A stretch of DNA of 36,785 nucleotides from a virus (lineage: Duplodnaviria > Heunggongvirae > Uroviricota > Caudoviricetes), in the IMG/VR virus record IMGVR_UViG_3300034072_000647; one strand, given 5' to 3'. Below, in pieces: positions 1 through 8,880 of the stretch; position 1 is the first letter of the stretch; each line of letters begins with the position of its first letter. Under the pieces are notes generated by a model. That model was given only the letters and a program-made list of their open reading frames with translations. It was not told the DNA's origin and did no database searches. A program made the translations under genes and the position numbers.

Positions 1-918
1 GCTTGGTCCGGTCAGTTGCATAAAGGCTGGAATCTATTAACTGTTAAACCCGCAGGCACCGCCGCTGTAAATCCTAATGGATCAAGCTGGACAGTAGCCG
101 GTGGATTTTTAGATTCGGACACAGTCAACGGCATTGAAGTGCAAATAAGCACCAATGGAGCAGTGGAGACCGAGATCTATCTTGGCGGTATATTCTACCA
201 TACAGCTGTACCTACCAGAGGTGCTGTGATGTTTGGTTTTGATAAATACGGAGAAGCCTCTATACCTGGAAAAGCTCTTCCAATTCTTAAAGCACAGGGC
301 TTCAAGGGATATTGGGCGGGTGACGCCAATCTTATTGAAAATCCAAGCTCTAGTCTCAGTCTACTATCTCAGGTGTACGAAGAAGGTTGGGATGCAATTA
401 CGCAGGGTAAAGACCACGGAGACTATACGCAGCCGGCTAATAAAGCTCTTCTAGCTTCTCACATTGACTACGCTAGAGGTATAATGTCTAAATGGAGCTT
501 TACCAGAGCCATAAATCTATTTAGTTATCCCCTATCTGCTAATGATGTAGATACGGACGCGATATTAGCTAAAAAAGACGTTCCTATGGCTAGGTCTGGG
601 TGGGCATGGGTTATTCATCCTAATCAATACAACGCCGGTCCCAAGCTGTTAGGTTATGGAGCTCTTAATCTTGGCGGTAAGACCTTTACCACGGCCAAAA
701 ACTATGTAGATATGGCAGAACAACTAGGAGTTACTGTAGATATTTTTTGCCACGGTTTAACGGCCGGAGGTACTGGATCGACCCCGCCAGCAGATACATT
801 GTATTGGTATGAGGAGGACTATAGAAGTCTCGTGGCGTACGTAAAGACTAAAGTCTCTGCAGGCACCTTAGACTGTATGATCCCTAGTGAATTTGTAAAG
901 AAAAGAATTAATACATAA
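1..918 (+). CDS. Partial (5'-truncated) protein with a C-terminal NodB/CE4 polysaccharide-deacetylase-like domain, possibly virion-associated
   Basis: Frame is open from base 1 (AWSGQLHK...), so the TTG at 16 is probably not the start. CE4-like spacing: VMFGFDKYG, EEGWDAITQGKDH, FSYP, IFCH. Catalytic motifs are degenerate. Confidence 0.6.
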   Translation, partial: AWSGQLHKGWNLLTVKPAGTAAVNPNGSSWTVAGGFLDSDTVNGIEVQISTNGAVETEIYLGGIFYHTAVPTRGAVMFGFDKYGEASIPGKALPILKAQGFKGYWAGDANLIENPSSSLSLLSQVYEEGWDAITQGKDHGDYTQPANKALLASHIDYARGIMSKWSFTRAINLFSYPLSANDVDTDAILAKKDVPMARSGWAWVIHPNQYNAGPKLLGYGALNLGGKTFTTAKNYVDMAEQLGVTVDIFCHGLTAGGTGSTPPADTLYWYEEDYRSLVAYVKTKVSAGTLDCMIPSEFVKKRINT

Positions 919-939
919 AGCCATACAGCTGATTTTAGC

Positions 940-978
940 ATCCCTAGGAAAAATTGTCCTTGACTTTATCCTAGGGAT
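940..978. repeat. Perfect 10-bp inverted repeat (ATCCCTAGGA ... TCCTAGGGAT) with a 19-nt spacer that contains the -35 box
   Basis: Arms read directly at 940-949 and 969-978. Confidence 0.85.
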
Positions 979-988
979 CGACTATACT
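960..988 (+). promoter_or_regulatory. Sigma70-type promoter P1: TTGACT-N17-TATACT
   Basis: -35 at 960-965, -10 at 983-988, A-tract upstream, predicted +1 near 995, SD AGGAG at 1001-1005. Confidence 0.85.
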
Positions 989-1010
989 TGTGTGAATAAA
1001 AGGAGAAGTG

Positions 1011-1400
1011 GTGAGTACCGATTTAAAGAGAGATCCGATCAAATATGTTCGAGATAAAGCCAAAGCTAACTATAAAAAAGGATCAGAGTGCTTTATTTGT
1101 GGAACTAGAGACAATTTAGATTTCCATCACTTCTATACGCTTACTCCGCTCTTTAACAAATGGTTAAAGGCAAACAAGCTTTCAATCAATACTGAGCAGG
1201 ACGTTCTTAGTGTACGTGACAGGTTTATAGATGAGCATCAAGCAGAGTTGTACGATCACACAGTAACTCTTTGTCACGAACACCACATGCAGCTTCACTC
1301 AGTATATGGTAAAGACCCGCCGTTGCATTTCGCTAAGAAAGAAATGCGTTGGGTAAATATACAGAGAGAAAAACATGGGCTTCCTCCAGTGGACAGTTAA
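1011..1400 (+). CDS. HNH endonuclease, similar to the T5 nicking/packaging-associated nuclease
   Basis: CFICG...LDFHH...LCHEHHMQLH motifs; sits directly before the portal as in T5. GTG at 1011 fits the SD better than GTG at 1008. Confidence 0.75.
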   Translation: MSTDLKRDPIKYVRDKAKANYKKGSECFICGTRDNLDFHHFYTLTPLFNKWLKANKLSINTEQDVLSVRDRFIDEHQAELYDHTVTLCHEHHMQLHSVYGKDPPLHFAKKEMRWVNIQREKHGLPPVDS

Positions 1401-2559
1401 TAAGATTAATGTCGCACCAAATTATACGGAAGGAAGAGAAGAAGTCGCTAGCGAGTCTCCTACTTATTCATATCAGCAATGTTATGAGCAGATCGAAATA
1501 GTCAACCGAGCCGTTAACATGATTGTTGATGACGCGGCCGCTATTAAGAACAAGATCGGAGAGCCTAGAACGACCAGTGTCGTACCTGGAGTAAAGAAAA
1601 AGACTCTAGATAGACTACTTAACCTTGAGCCTAATCCGTATCAGGACATTGACTCCTTTAGACGAGCCATGATCCTAGACCTGATTATAGATGGAAATAT
1701 TTTCATCTATTTTGATGGTGTGCACATGTATCACTTACCTGCGGTTAAGATGACCGTAATAAGTGACCCAAAGATTTACGTTTCTGGATATAAGTATGAC
1801 GGCGGAGATACATTCTCGCCTAAAGAAATCATACATATCAAAGACAACACATATAAGACTCTGTTTAGAGGAAGTTCCCGTCTTGAACCTGCGTTGAGAA
1901 CAATGCGACTCATTTTAGAAATGAGAAAGTTTCAGGATAACTTCTTTAAGAACGGAGCCGTTCCTGGTTTAGTACTTAAAACGGAAAGCACTCTAAACCA
2001 GCGTTTAAAAGACAGATTAACTGCTGAGTGGTCACAGAAGTTCCGCCCTAGTGCTGGTGGTAAAAGACCAATTATTCTTGACGGCGGTCTAGAGATTGAT
2101 GCTATCTCAAACGTTAGTTTCAAAGACTTAGACTTCCAAAATGCTATTCTTGAGTGTGAGAAGGTCGTTGTAAAGGCTATTGGTGTTCCTCCGGTTCTGC
2201 TGGACAGTGGCAACAATGCTAACCTTAGACCAAATCACAGATTGTACTATCTTGAGACGATTATTCCGATCATGAACAAGATAAACTCAGCAATGGAGCA
2301 TTTCTTCGGTTTTGAGGTGTATGAAGATACAGCTTATATCGAAGCTCTACGACCTGAGTTACAAGAAGAAGCAGCTTATTACCAATCTCTAGTTAACGGT
2401 GGCATTATGAAGCCGAACGAAGCTAGAGTAGCTTTGAGTCTTCCTCCAGACGAAGACCCAATGAGCGATAAGTTAAGAATACCAGCTAATATTGCGGGCA
2501 GTGCTGCTAACCCTATAGAAGGTGGTGCGCCTAAAAAGGAGCCAACCAATGGCAAGTAA
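1375..2559 (+). CDS. Portal protein (HK97/T5 pb7-like)
   Basis: 394 aa with DGNIFIY, IIHIK, FFKNGAVPG, ILDGGLE, IGVPPVLL and GGIMKPNEAR motifs typical of HK97-family portals. Confidence 0.93.
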   Translation: MGFLQWTVNKINVAPNYTEGREEVASESPTYSYQQCYEQIEIVNRAVNMIVDDAAAIKNKIGEPRTTSVVPGVKKKTLDRLLNLEPNPYQDIDSFRRAMILDLIIDGNIFIYFDGVHMYHLPAVKMTVISDPKIYVSGYKYDGGDTFSPKEIIHIKDNTYKTLFRGSSRLEPALRTMRLILEMRKFQDNFFKNGAVPGLVLKTESTLNQRLKDRLTAEWSQKFRPSAGGKRPIILDGGLEIDAISNVSFKDLDFQNAILECEKVVVKAIGVPPVLLDSGNNANLRPNHRLYYLETIIPIMNKINSAMEHFFGFEVYEDTAYIEALRPELQEEAAYYQSLVNGGIMKPNEARVALSLPPDEDPMSDKLRIPANIAGSAANPIEGGAPKKEPTNGK

Positions 2560-3250
2560 AACGAAGGCTATTGAGACTTTAGCCGAGTACTTTAAAGAAA
2601 AGGGCCGTGTACTAAGTTATCAAGAGTATTCTCGCGAACTAGACACCCCCATACGTGTCCAGCAAATCCGCAGTATGTTCGGAACCTGGAATAAAGTGGA
2701 GAAATTATTAATGGCAAGAGAAGGTAGAACTGCACCAGATGTTATTACTGACATCGACGACGTTCTTGCAGCCCGTAACAAGGCAGCCGCCGAACTAGAA
2801 GCCTCTTGGAAGGAAGCTAGTGAGAATCAGGACAAGAAGGCTCGTAGAGAAGCAGAAGCTCAGGTAGTTGCAGAGACACTTGCTAAGAATGCTGCTACTC
2901 CAGAGGGTGCAAACGCAAACAAGATTGCAATCGGTGGTCCGCTGCCAGGCGAGCAGCCAAAGTACGAGCTAGCAGGTGCTACTGTTAATGTAGACCCTGT
3001 AACTAAGGAACGTACGGTTGTTGACGTTCAGCCGGAAATTGTTGACCCTAAGGTCACTTCCGATACTCCAGCCGGTATCAAGGCTAAGGTTGAAGCTGAA
3101 AATGCTGTAAAGACCACTGACGTTAAGACTGGCGATGCCACTGACGGTGGTAGCCAGGGTAGCGCTTCTATCGCAACCGTAGCTGCTCTAGGCGGTGAAG
3201 GTGAAGAGAAGAAGACCACCACGACTGCTAAGGCAACCGACAAGAAGTAA
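2549..3250 (+). CDS. Unknown head-module protein: N-terminal HTH/HNH-associated-repeat-like domain plus a long low-complexity tail
   Basis: SD AAGGAG at 2536-2541 supports ATG 2549. N-terminus KGRVLSYQEY...IRSMFGTW; C-terminus rich in A/T/K/E. Occupies the T5 decoration-gene position. Confidence 0.55.
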   Translation: MASKTKAIETLAEYFKEKGRVLSYQEYSRELDTPIRVQQIRSMFGTWNKVEKLLMAREGRTAPDVITDIDDVLAARNKAAAELEASWKEASENQDKKARREAEAQVVAETLAKNAATPEGANANKIAIGGPLPGEQPKYELAGATVNVDPVTKERTVVDVQPEIVDPKVTSDTPAGIKAKVEAENAVKTTDVKTGDATDGGSQGSASIATVAALGGEGEEKKTTTTAKATDKK

Positions 3251-3259
3251 TATACGCTG

Positions 3260-5254
3260 ATGGCGCATATCTTTAAACTACTATCCCCAATCGAGAAGAT
3301 TGAAGAGGATAATGATCAGCTGAAGATCTCGGGATATGCGAGCACAGCTGATACGGACAGGGTCGGGGACGTCGTACTCCCCGACGCCTGGCTAAAGGGT
3401 GGCCTAGAGAATTTCAAGAAAAACCCAATCATCCTTTTCAACCACAACTACGGTAGACCAATCGGTAAGGCTGTAGATATTGAGGTTGATGCCATCGGTC
3501 TGAAGATCACTTGCTTAATTAGCAGGTCTGCCGGCGAGGCTTATGGGTTAATCAAAGACGGCGTGCTAACCACATTCTCAGTTGGTTTCATGATTAAAGA
3601 CGCGGATTATAACCAAGTCACCGACGGCTACATTATTAAGGAAGCGGAACTCCTAGAAGTATCTGTAGTTTCTGTTCCTTGCAACCAAGCAGCAACCTTC
3701 AGCATTGCAAAGTCATTGCAGTCTGCAGAAGATCGTGCTAATTTTAACAAAGAAGTAAATGCTCTCAAAGGCCAGCAGGAAGTTATTACCGAAGTAAATA
3801 CTCCGGACGACGACAGCTCACCTAAGAAGGATGCTAAAGAAGCATCAACGGAGATTAAAAGAATGAACCCAGAAGATATTGCTGCACTGGCTAAGCAAGT
3901 TGCTCTTGATGCTATTGCTGCTCAGGAAGAAGCTAAGGCTAAGGCTGCAAAGGACGCTGCTGAGAAGGAAGCTTCTGAGAAGGCAATTGCCGAAAAGGCA
4001 ACCATTGCTGCTCAGGCTATCGTAGAGACTCGTGAAGAAGCTCTAATGAAGGCCTTCGATGAAAAGTTAAAGGCTAATGGTGAAGACCTACAGAAGACCA
4101 TTGGCGAGCTAAAGACTGACCTTGAGGAAAAGAATGCTGAGCTGCTTAAGATGCGCGAAAGCAAGAAGATCTTCGGTGAGCGTGGCCTAGGCGACGACTG
4201 GTCTAAGAATAAGGACTTCATGCAGGACGCTGAGGACGCTTTCGTTCTTGGTAAGGTTCTAGGAAAGGGATTCTCCGACACCAAGCTTGGTAAGGAAGTA
4301 TCCGAGAAGTTCAACACACACTCTACCGTCACTGTTGGTACCGACCGTCTAGAAACGACCGTTAGCACCAATATTGAGCGCGATATCTGGAACGAGCTGA
4401 TTCTTGCTCCTCTGTTCCGTGAAATCAACATGAACAGCGCTCAGATGACGTTCCCAATCATGCCAGACGCTGGTTACGCTGAAATTACCAGCAACACCAC
4501 TGCTTCTGGTACACAGCCAAACGGTAACATGGATCAGCGTGGTGCTGGTTACGGAGCTCCTTACCAGGGTATCACCCTAACTGAGAAGATCCTAAGCACT
4601 GTCAAGATGATCAGTAAGTCCTATCTTGGTAACGAGACTGAAGAAGACGCAATTCTTCCAATTCTACCTCTTATCAAGGAGAGCATGGCTCGTTCACACG
4701 CTCGCGGTGTCGAGAATATGCTTCTTGCAGGTAATCACGTTGATGGTGTTTATACCTCCGGTGCTGCTAACGGACTTCTTAGCTTTGCTAGCACCAACGG
4801 TCGTACACTTACCACCGCTGCTACCAACACCAAGCTTACCAGCGCTGCTCTATTCGGTATGCGTAAGCTTATGGGTAAGTACGGACTTAACCCACGCGAC
4901 ATCATCTACGTTGTCTCTCAGCAGGCTTACTTCGAGCTTATCGAAGATCCAGAGTTCGCTGATATGGACCTTGTTGGCAGCCAGGCTAACAAGCTTACCG
5001 GTGAAGTCGGTCGCCTATACGGCTCCCAGGTTGTTATGTGCGACGAGTTCGCCGCTCCTGCAGCCGGCAAGTACTTCGCTCTTGCTCTTAACCGTCGCAA
5101 CTTCGTTGTTCCACGTCTTCGTGGTCTTACCGTTGAAAGCGAATATCAGGTTGAGAATCAGAGAAAGGTTCTTGTTACCAGCCAGCGCCTTGGTTTCGAC
5201 GAGATCATCCCTAACGCCACGAGCGTTGTTGGTCTCAAGTACGCAGCCAGCTAA
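3260..5254 (+). CDS. Fused HK97-type prohead protease (aa ~1-200) and T5-like major capsid protein with delta scaffold domain
   Basis: Protease motifs GYAST..DRVGD, LFNHN, FSVGF, LLEVSVVSVP, then a coiled coil, then an HK97-fold capsid region (LAPLFREINM, LYGSQVV, RLGFDEI). No stop between the parts. Confidence 0.92.
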   Translation: MAHIFKLLSPIEKIEEDNDQLKISGYASTADTDRVGDVVLPDAWLKGGLENFKKNPIILFNHNYGRPIGKAVDIEVDAIGLKITCLISRSAGEAYGLIKDGVLTTFSVGFMIKDADYNQVTDGYIIKEAELLEVSVVSVPCNQAATFSIAKSLQSAEDRANFNKEVNALKGQQEVITEVNTPDDDSSPKKDAKEASTEIKRMNPEDIAALAKQVALDAIAAQEEAKAKAAKDAAEKEASEKAIAEKATIAAQAIVETREEALMKAFDEKLKANGEDLQKTIGELKTDLEEKNAELLKMRESKKIFGERGLGDDWSKNKDFMQDAEDAFVLGKVLGKGFSDTKLGKEVSEKFNTHSTVTVGTDRLETTVSTNIERDIWNELILAPLFREINMNSAQMTFPIMPDAGYAEITSNTTASGTQPNGNMDQRGAGYGAPYQGITLTEKILSTVKMISKSYLGNETEEDAILPILPLIKESMARSHARGVENMLLAGNHVDGVYTSGAANGLLSFASTNGRTLTTAATNTKLTSAALFGMRKLMGKYGLNPRDIIYVVSQQAYFELIEDPEFADMDLVGSQANKLTGEVGRLYGSQVVMCDEFAAPAAGKYFALALNRRNFVVPRLRGLTVESEYQVENQRKVLVTSQRLGFDEIIPNATSVVGLKYAAS

Positions 5255-5261
5255 GACAAGT

Positions 5262-5292
5262 TGGGAGGGGTCCGCCCCTCCCACGGTTTTTA
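5262..5292 (+). terminator. Intrinsic terminator after the capsid gene
   Basis: TGGGAGGGG-TCCG-CCCCTCCCA (9-bp stem) followed by CGGTTTTTA. Confidence 0.8.
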
Positions 5293-5299
5293 TTAGATT

Positions 5300-5878
5300 A
5301 TGACAGACCTAATTACACTTCAAGAATTTAAAAATTATATGGGTCTTAGGAAACCCGATGATGATACTAAAATTAGTTTTCTAATTTCTTCGGTAAGTAG
5401 TTTAATAAAAGCCTATCTAGGATACGACTTAACAGGCAACTACGACACTCCGGTCGTAGAGTACGCCAGTTTCGACTATGACACAAATGTCTATTTTCCT
5501 AAGCTATGGCCAATTAGAGACGTTGTAGAGATTACAGAACAGGATAGATACACGTGGGATAGCACAATTCACGTCCCTCTAACAGCCGAAAGCGACTATT
5601 ACGTATCGGGAGATACTATTGTAAGAGTTCCCGGTACCGGAGGTTTCGGATACTGGCCCCAGGGTCCTAATACAGTTAAAATCACTTATCGAGCCGGATA
5701 TGAAGATACTCCTAGCGATGTGAAGCTAGCTGCTATAGAACTCGTAAACTACTATAAAGAAGAGCAGTTTAGACAATCTAAGACTATTATGGGAAGTACT
5801 ATTATAAACACACTTACCAAAGCTGATGAGTGGCCTTCGCATATTAGACTATTGTTAGATAACTATAGGAATTACTAA
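5300..5878 (+). CDS. Head-tail adaptor (gp6/gp15-like, T5 p144 position)
   Basis: LITLQEFKNYM...DDTKI, YRAGY, P.DVKLAAIELV motifs; immediately follows the capsid gene. Confidence 0.8.
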   Translation: MTDLITLQEFKNYMGLRKPDDDTKISFLISSVSSLIKAYLGYDLTGNYDTPVVEYASFDYDTNVYFPKLWPIRDVVEITEQDRYTWDSTIHVPLTAESDYYVSGDTIVRVPGTGGFGYWPQGPNTVKITYRAGYEDTPSDVKLAAIELVNYYKEEQFRQSKTIMGSTIINTLTKADEWPSHIRLLLDNYRNY

Positions 5879-7122
5879 TGTCAAAGGCTAGATTACAAGC
5901 GGCGCTTAATGCGTTAACGGAAATTTCTACCAAGCAATATAGAGCAGAGGTAGGAGATCGCTTCGTAACTAGCCTTTACGTGTCTCCGGAGCTTATAGAA
6001 CGCGAGATAATGTCCGAAATAGCTTTCGTACGCCCAACTAAACGCGGGGATGTGCCAAAGCCCATTAAAGACAATGCCAAACAGCTAGCACAGGAATGCT
6101 ACAACAATATTCTAGCTAAGGCTAGAAATAGTAGTATCGTCTCTGTGGAACCTTATGGGTCTAACGGCTCGGTGATCACAGCAGATGGTTCTGGTAGTAA
6201 CTTTAAAGCTATTTATGAAGTTACTAAATCCGCGACTGGTCTTCTAAAAAATCGAATTAATAGACTCTTAGAGAAAGTAAATTTTGACCCGATTAAAGAC
6301 AATATCTTTGATATAGGGCATAATGAAGGGTCTAACGCTGATATTCAAATAGGGCAGGCTTTCGCTAGAGCTATTAATGATACTCCTACGAAGCAGTTTT
6401 TAGCAACCCTACCACTACCAGAAATAAAGCATATCAGCGAAATAGCCTCTAGTTTCTCAAGAAACGGAGACAAAAGATTCGTAGTTCAGACTATATTAGA
6501 GGCTAAAGGGCCTAACAGAGCTAAAAACGAAGCATTATTCCGAAAAATATTCTTATCAGAAGCAAGAAAGTTCATTGATAACAATGATTGGGCTAACCAA
6601 GAGTCTTCAGACTCCTACCTTGATACTGTTAGAAAAGAACTAATTAATGCCGGTGTCAGAAAGAAGGGTCGTGCTAAGAAGGAGACTATTAATAGAACCT
6701 CATCTAGAGCCACTAAAACTGACACTATTAAAGGTAAGGGAGGTAAGGTAGAGCCTTTTGACCCAGACCTTACAACTGGTATAAAGAAGAAAAGTCAAGG
6801 ATCTTATATCAGTATGATAAATCTAATAAACGCCAGACTACCTCCCGCTATTCGCGCGAATATGACTGGTCCTAGACTACACAACAAGACGGGAAGGTTT
6901 TCTGAGAGTGCAAAGGTTATATCTATTACGGAGACCCCACAAGGTTATCCTAGACTAAACTACACATATCAACGAAGCCCTTACGACGTGTTCGACCCTG
7001 TATTAGGCAAGGCTCCTTGGAATACTCCAGGTAGAGACCCTAAAGCACTAATCGAACGATCCATTAGAGATATAGCTAAAGATTTAGCTATAGGCAGATT
7101 TTATGTTAAGAGGGCTACATGA
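5878..7122 (+). CDS. Neck/tail completion protein (T5 p143-like, N-terminally extended)
   Basis: C-terminal LINARLP...RLHNKTGRF...YTYQ..PY.VF...RDP..LIERSIR.IA resembles the p143 family; synteny. Confidence 0.6.
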   Translation: MSKARLQAALNALTEISTKQYRAEVGDRFVTSLYVSPELIEREIMSEIAFVRPTKRGDVPKPIKDNAKQLAQECYNNILAKARNSSIVSVEPYGSNGSVITADGSGSNFKAIYEVTKSATGLLKNRINRLLEKVNFDPIKDNIFDIGHNEGSNADIQIGQAFARAINDTPTKQFLATLPLPEIKHISEIASSFSRNGDKRFVVQTILEAKGPNRAKNEALFRKIFLSEARKFIDNNDWANQESSDSYLDTVRKELINAGVRKKGRAKKETINRTSSRATKTDTIKGKGGKVEPFDPDLTTGIKKKSQGSYISMINLINARLPPAIRANMTGPRLHNKTGRFSESAKVISITETPQGYPRLNYTYQRSPYDVFDPVLGKAPWNTPGRDPKALIERSIRDIAKDLAIGRFYVKRAT

Positions 7123-7571
7123 CTACTAGAAGTTTTACTACTAAGAGGAATTCAATAGCTAAGTCTATTGCTGAACTACTTAAACAAATTGATGGTACTG
7201 GCTCTTACAATACAAATCTATATGAAAACGTACACCCTAAACTGCTTTTCTGGGATGAAATTTCAGAATATCCAGCCGTCCATTTAACTCCCGGCGAGGA
7301 GCTAAGAGAATACCAAGGTGGCGGGTATAAAGATCGTTATCTATATGTAACTGTCAGATGTTACGTACAAGATGATGACGCAGCGGAAGTACTAGAGGGA
7401 CTCCTAGAGGATATTGAGACTGTAATTGAAGAAAATGGCAGGTTGGCTTATCAAGATTCTCTAGGAACTACCAATTTCACTCACGATATTCGTATTGAAC
7501 GTATTAATACGGATGAGGGAGCTCTAAATCCCATAGGCGTAGGAGAAATACTACTCCAAGTTCATTATTGA
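7119..7571 (+). CDS. Tail terminator protein (T5 p142-like)
   Basis: 150 aa, YPAVHLTPGEE.REY, LLEDIETVIE, TDEG.L.P.GVGE motifs; directly before the tail tube gene. Confidence 0.75.
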   Translation: MTTRSFTTKRNSIAKSIAELLKQIDGTGSYNTNLYENVHPKLLFWDEISEYPAVHLTPGEELREYQGGGYKDRYLYVTVRCYVQDDDAAEVLEGLLEDIETVIEENGRLAYQDSLGTTNFTHDIRIERINTDEGALNPIGVGEILLQVHY

Positions 7572-7632
7572 AAATACCAGACACGAACAATTGTTCAGGA
7601 TCTAGGTCTTTTCGAGACTATAGGAGAATTTA

Positions 7633-8787
7633 ATGCCAGTAGCAGCAGGTGCTTCCAATCTATACTTCGGTAAGGATACCAGAGTATACATTCAGCAAGG
7701 CTCTAACATTTGGGAAATTCCAGTTCTATCTGGATATTCCTACAATCAGACTACAAACACTTCTGAAGTGACTCTCAATGAAATGGCCGACTCCGCAGGC
7801 AATAGCCGTCGCGGTAGAGCTTATTTCACTGACTCGTTCGCTCCTTCAGAATGGAGTTTTGACACTTACGTACGTCCTTATCTTGTAACTGGTACCCCAA
7901 ACAAGATGAGAGCAGTTGAAGAGGCACTTTGGGCTAACTTTGTAGCCGCAAATACCTTCACACCAGCAACCCCAGCCTGGGCTAGCGGTGTTACTATTGG
8001 CGCTACAGCGCTCGATATCAACTTCAACTCTTCTAATAAGACTACGCTAGGTGTATTTGACATCTACTTCGTACTAGGCGCCTCTAAGGCCAGCCCAGGT
8101 ACAGCAGCATTTAGTTATCTTGCGGACGGTGACACTACTATCTACAAGATTGCAGATGCTTCCATCAACGAAGCCGCTATTACCTTCGATATCGAAGGTA
8201 TCGCCACCATTTCTTGGAGTGGTATGGGTGGTAGCGTAAAGGAAGTTACTTCCTTCAATGCAAGCACTGCTATTGTTGCCGGTACGAATCAGACCAACAA
8301 CTTCATCCGTAACAAGCTTACACAGCTGCAAGCTGTTAGCTCTGTTTCCGGATCGTCTAAGACTTATGCGATTACCCTTACCGGTGGTAGCATTACAATT
8401 AGCAACAACCTTACCTACTTGATCCCAGAAGTTCTAGGACGAGTAAACCAGCCGCTAGGACACATCACGGGTGCTAGAACGGTCTCCGGTAACTTCACTT
8501 GCTATCTGGACGAAAAGACTAATGGCTCTATCGAACTATTCGAGGATCTTTCTAACGCAACTACCGCAATCACTAACTCGTTCGCTTTGGACTTCTATGT
8601 TGGTGGTAAGGCCGCTGGTGACGCACCTGTAGGGCCTGGTGTTCAGTTTAAGATTCCTCAGGCTCACTTGTCACTACCATCATTTGATACGGGTGACGTT
8701 ATTTCCGTAGACGTAGCCTTCGCAGCGCTTCCAAGCACTATCGGTGCTACGGACGAAATCTCTAAGATTTCCTACGTTGGAGTCTAA
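7633..8787 (+). CDS. Major tail tube protein (T5 pb6-like; no C-terminal Ig domain apparent)
   Basis: SD AGGAG; GYSYNQ.T, EWSF.TY.RP, FDIEGIATI.WSG, G.RTVSGNFTCY motifs; synteny. Confidence 0.85.
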   Translation: MPVAAGASNLYFGKDTRVYIQQGSNIWEIPVLSGYSYNQTTNTSEVTLNEMADSAGNSRRGRAYFTDSFAPSEWSFDTYVRPYLVTGTPNKMRAVEEALWANFVAANTFTPATPAWASGVTIGATALDINFNSSNKTTLGVFDIYFVLGASKASPGTAAFSYLADGDTTIYKIADASINEAAITFDIEGIATISWSGMGGSVKEVTSFNASTAIVAGTNQTNNFIRNKLTQLQAVSSVSGSSKTYAITLTGGSITISNNLTYLIPEVLGRVNQPLGHITGARTVSGNFTCYLDEKTNGSIELFEDLSNATTAITNSFALDFYVGGKAAGDAPVGPGVQFKIPQAHLSLPSFDTGDVISVDVAFAALPSTIGATDEISKISYVGV

Positions 8788-8798
8788 CAAAATAGTTC

Positions 8799-8827
8799 TT
8801 GACTTTTTGGTCTGAAAACATTATACT
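8799..8827 (+). promoter_or_regulatory. Sigma70-type promoter P2: TTGACT-N17-TATACT
   Basis: -35 at 8799-8804, -10 at 8822-8827, upstream AAAAT tract; same hexamers as P1. Confidence 0.85.
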
Positions 8828-8836
8828 GTAAACAAA

Positions 8837-8860
8837 TAGGGGAGCGTTTGTGCTCCCCTA
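8837..8860 (+). terminator. GC-rich hairpin (weak terminator or 5'-UTR stem) just after P2
   Basis: TAGGGGAGC-GTTTGT-GCTCCCCTA (9 bp); the following U-tract is poor (CGCGTTTC). Confidence 0.5.
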
Positions 8861-8880
8861 CGCGTTTCAGGAACCAGGAT

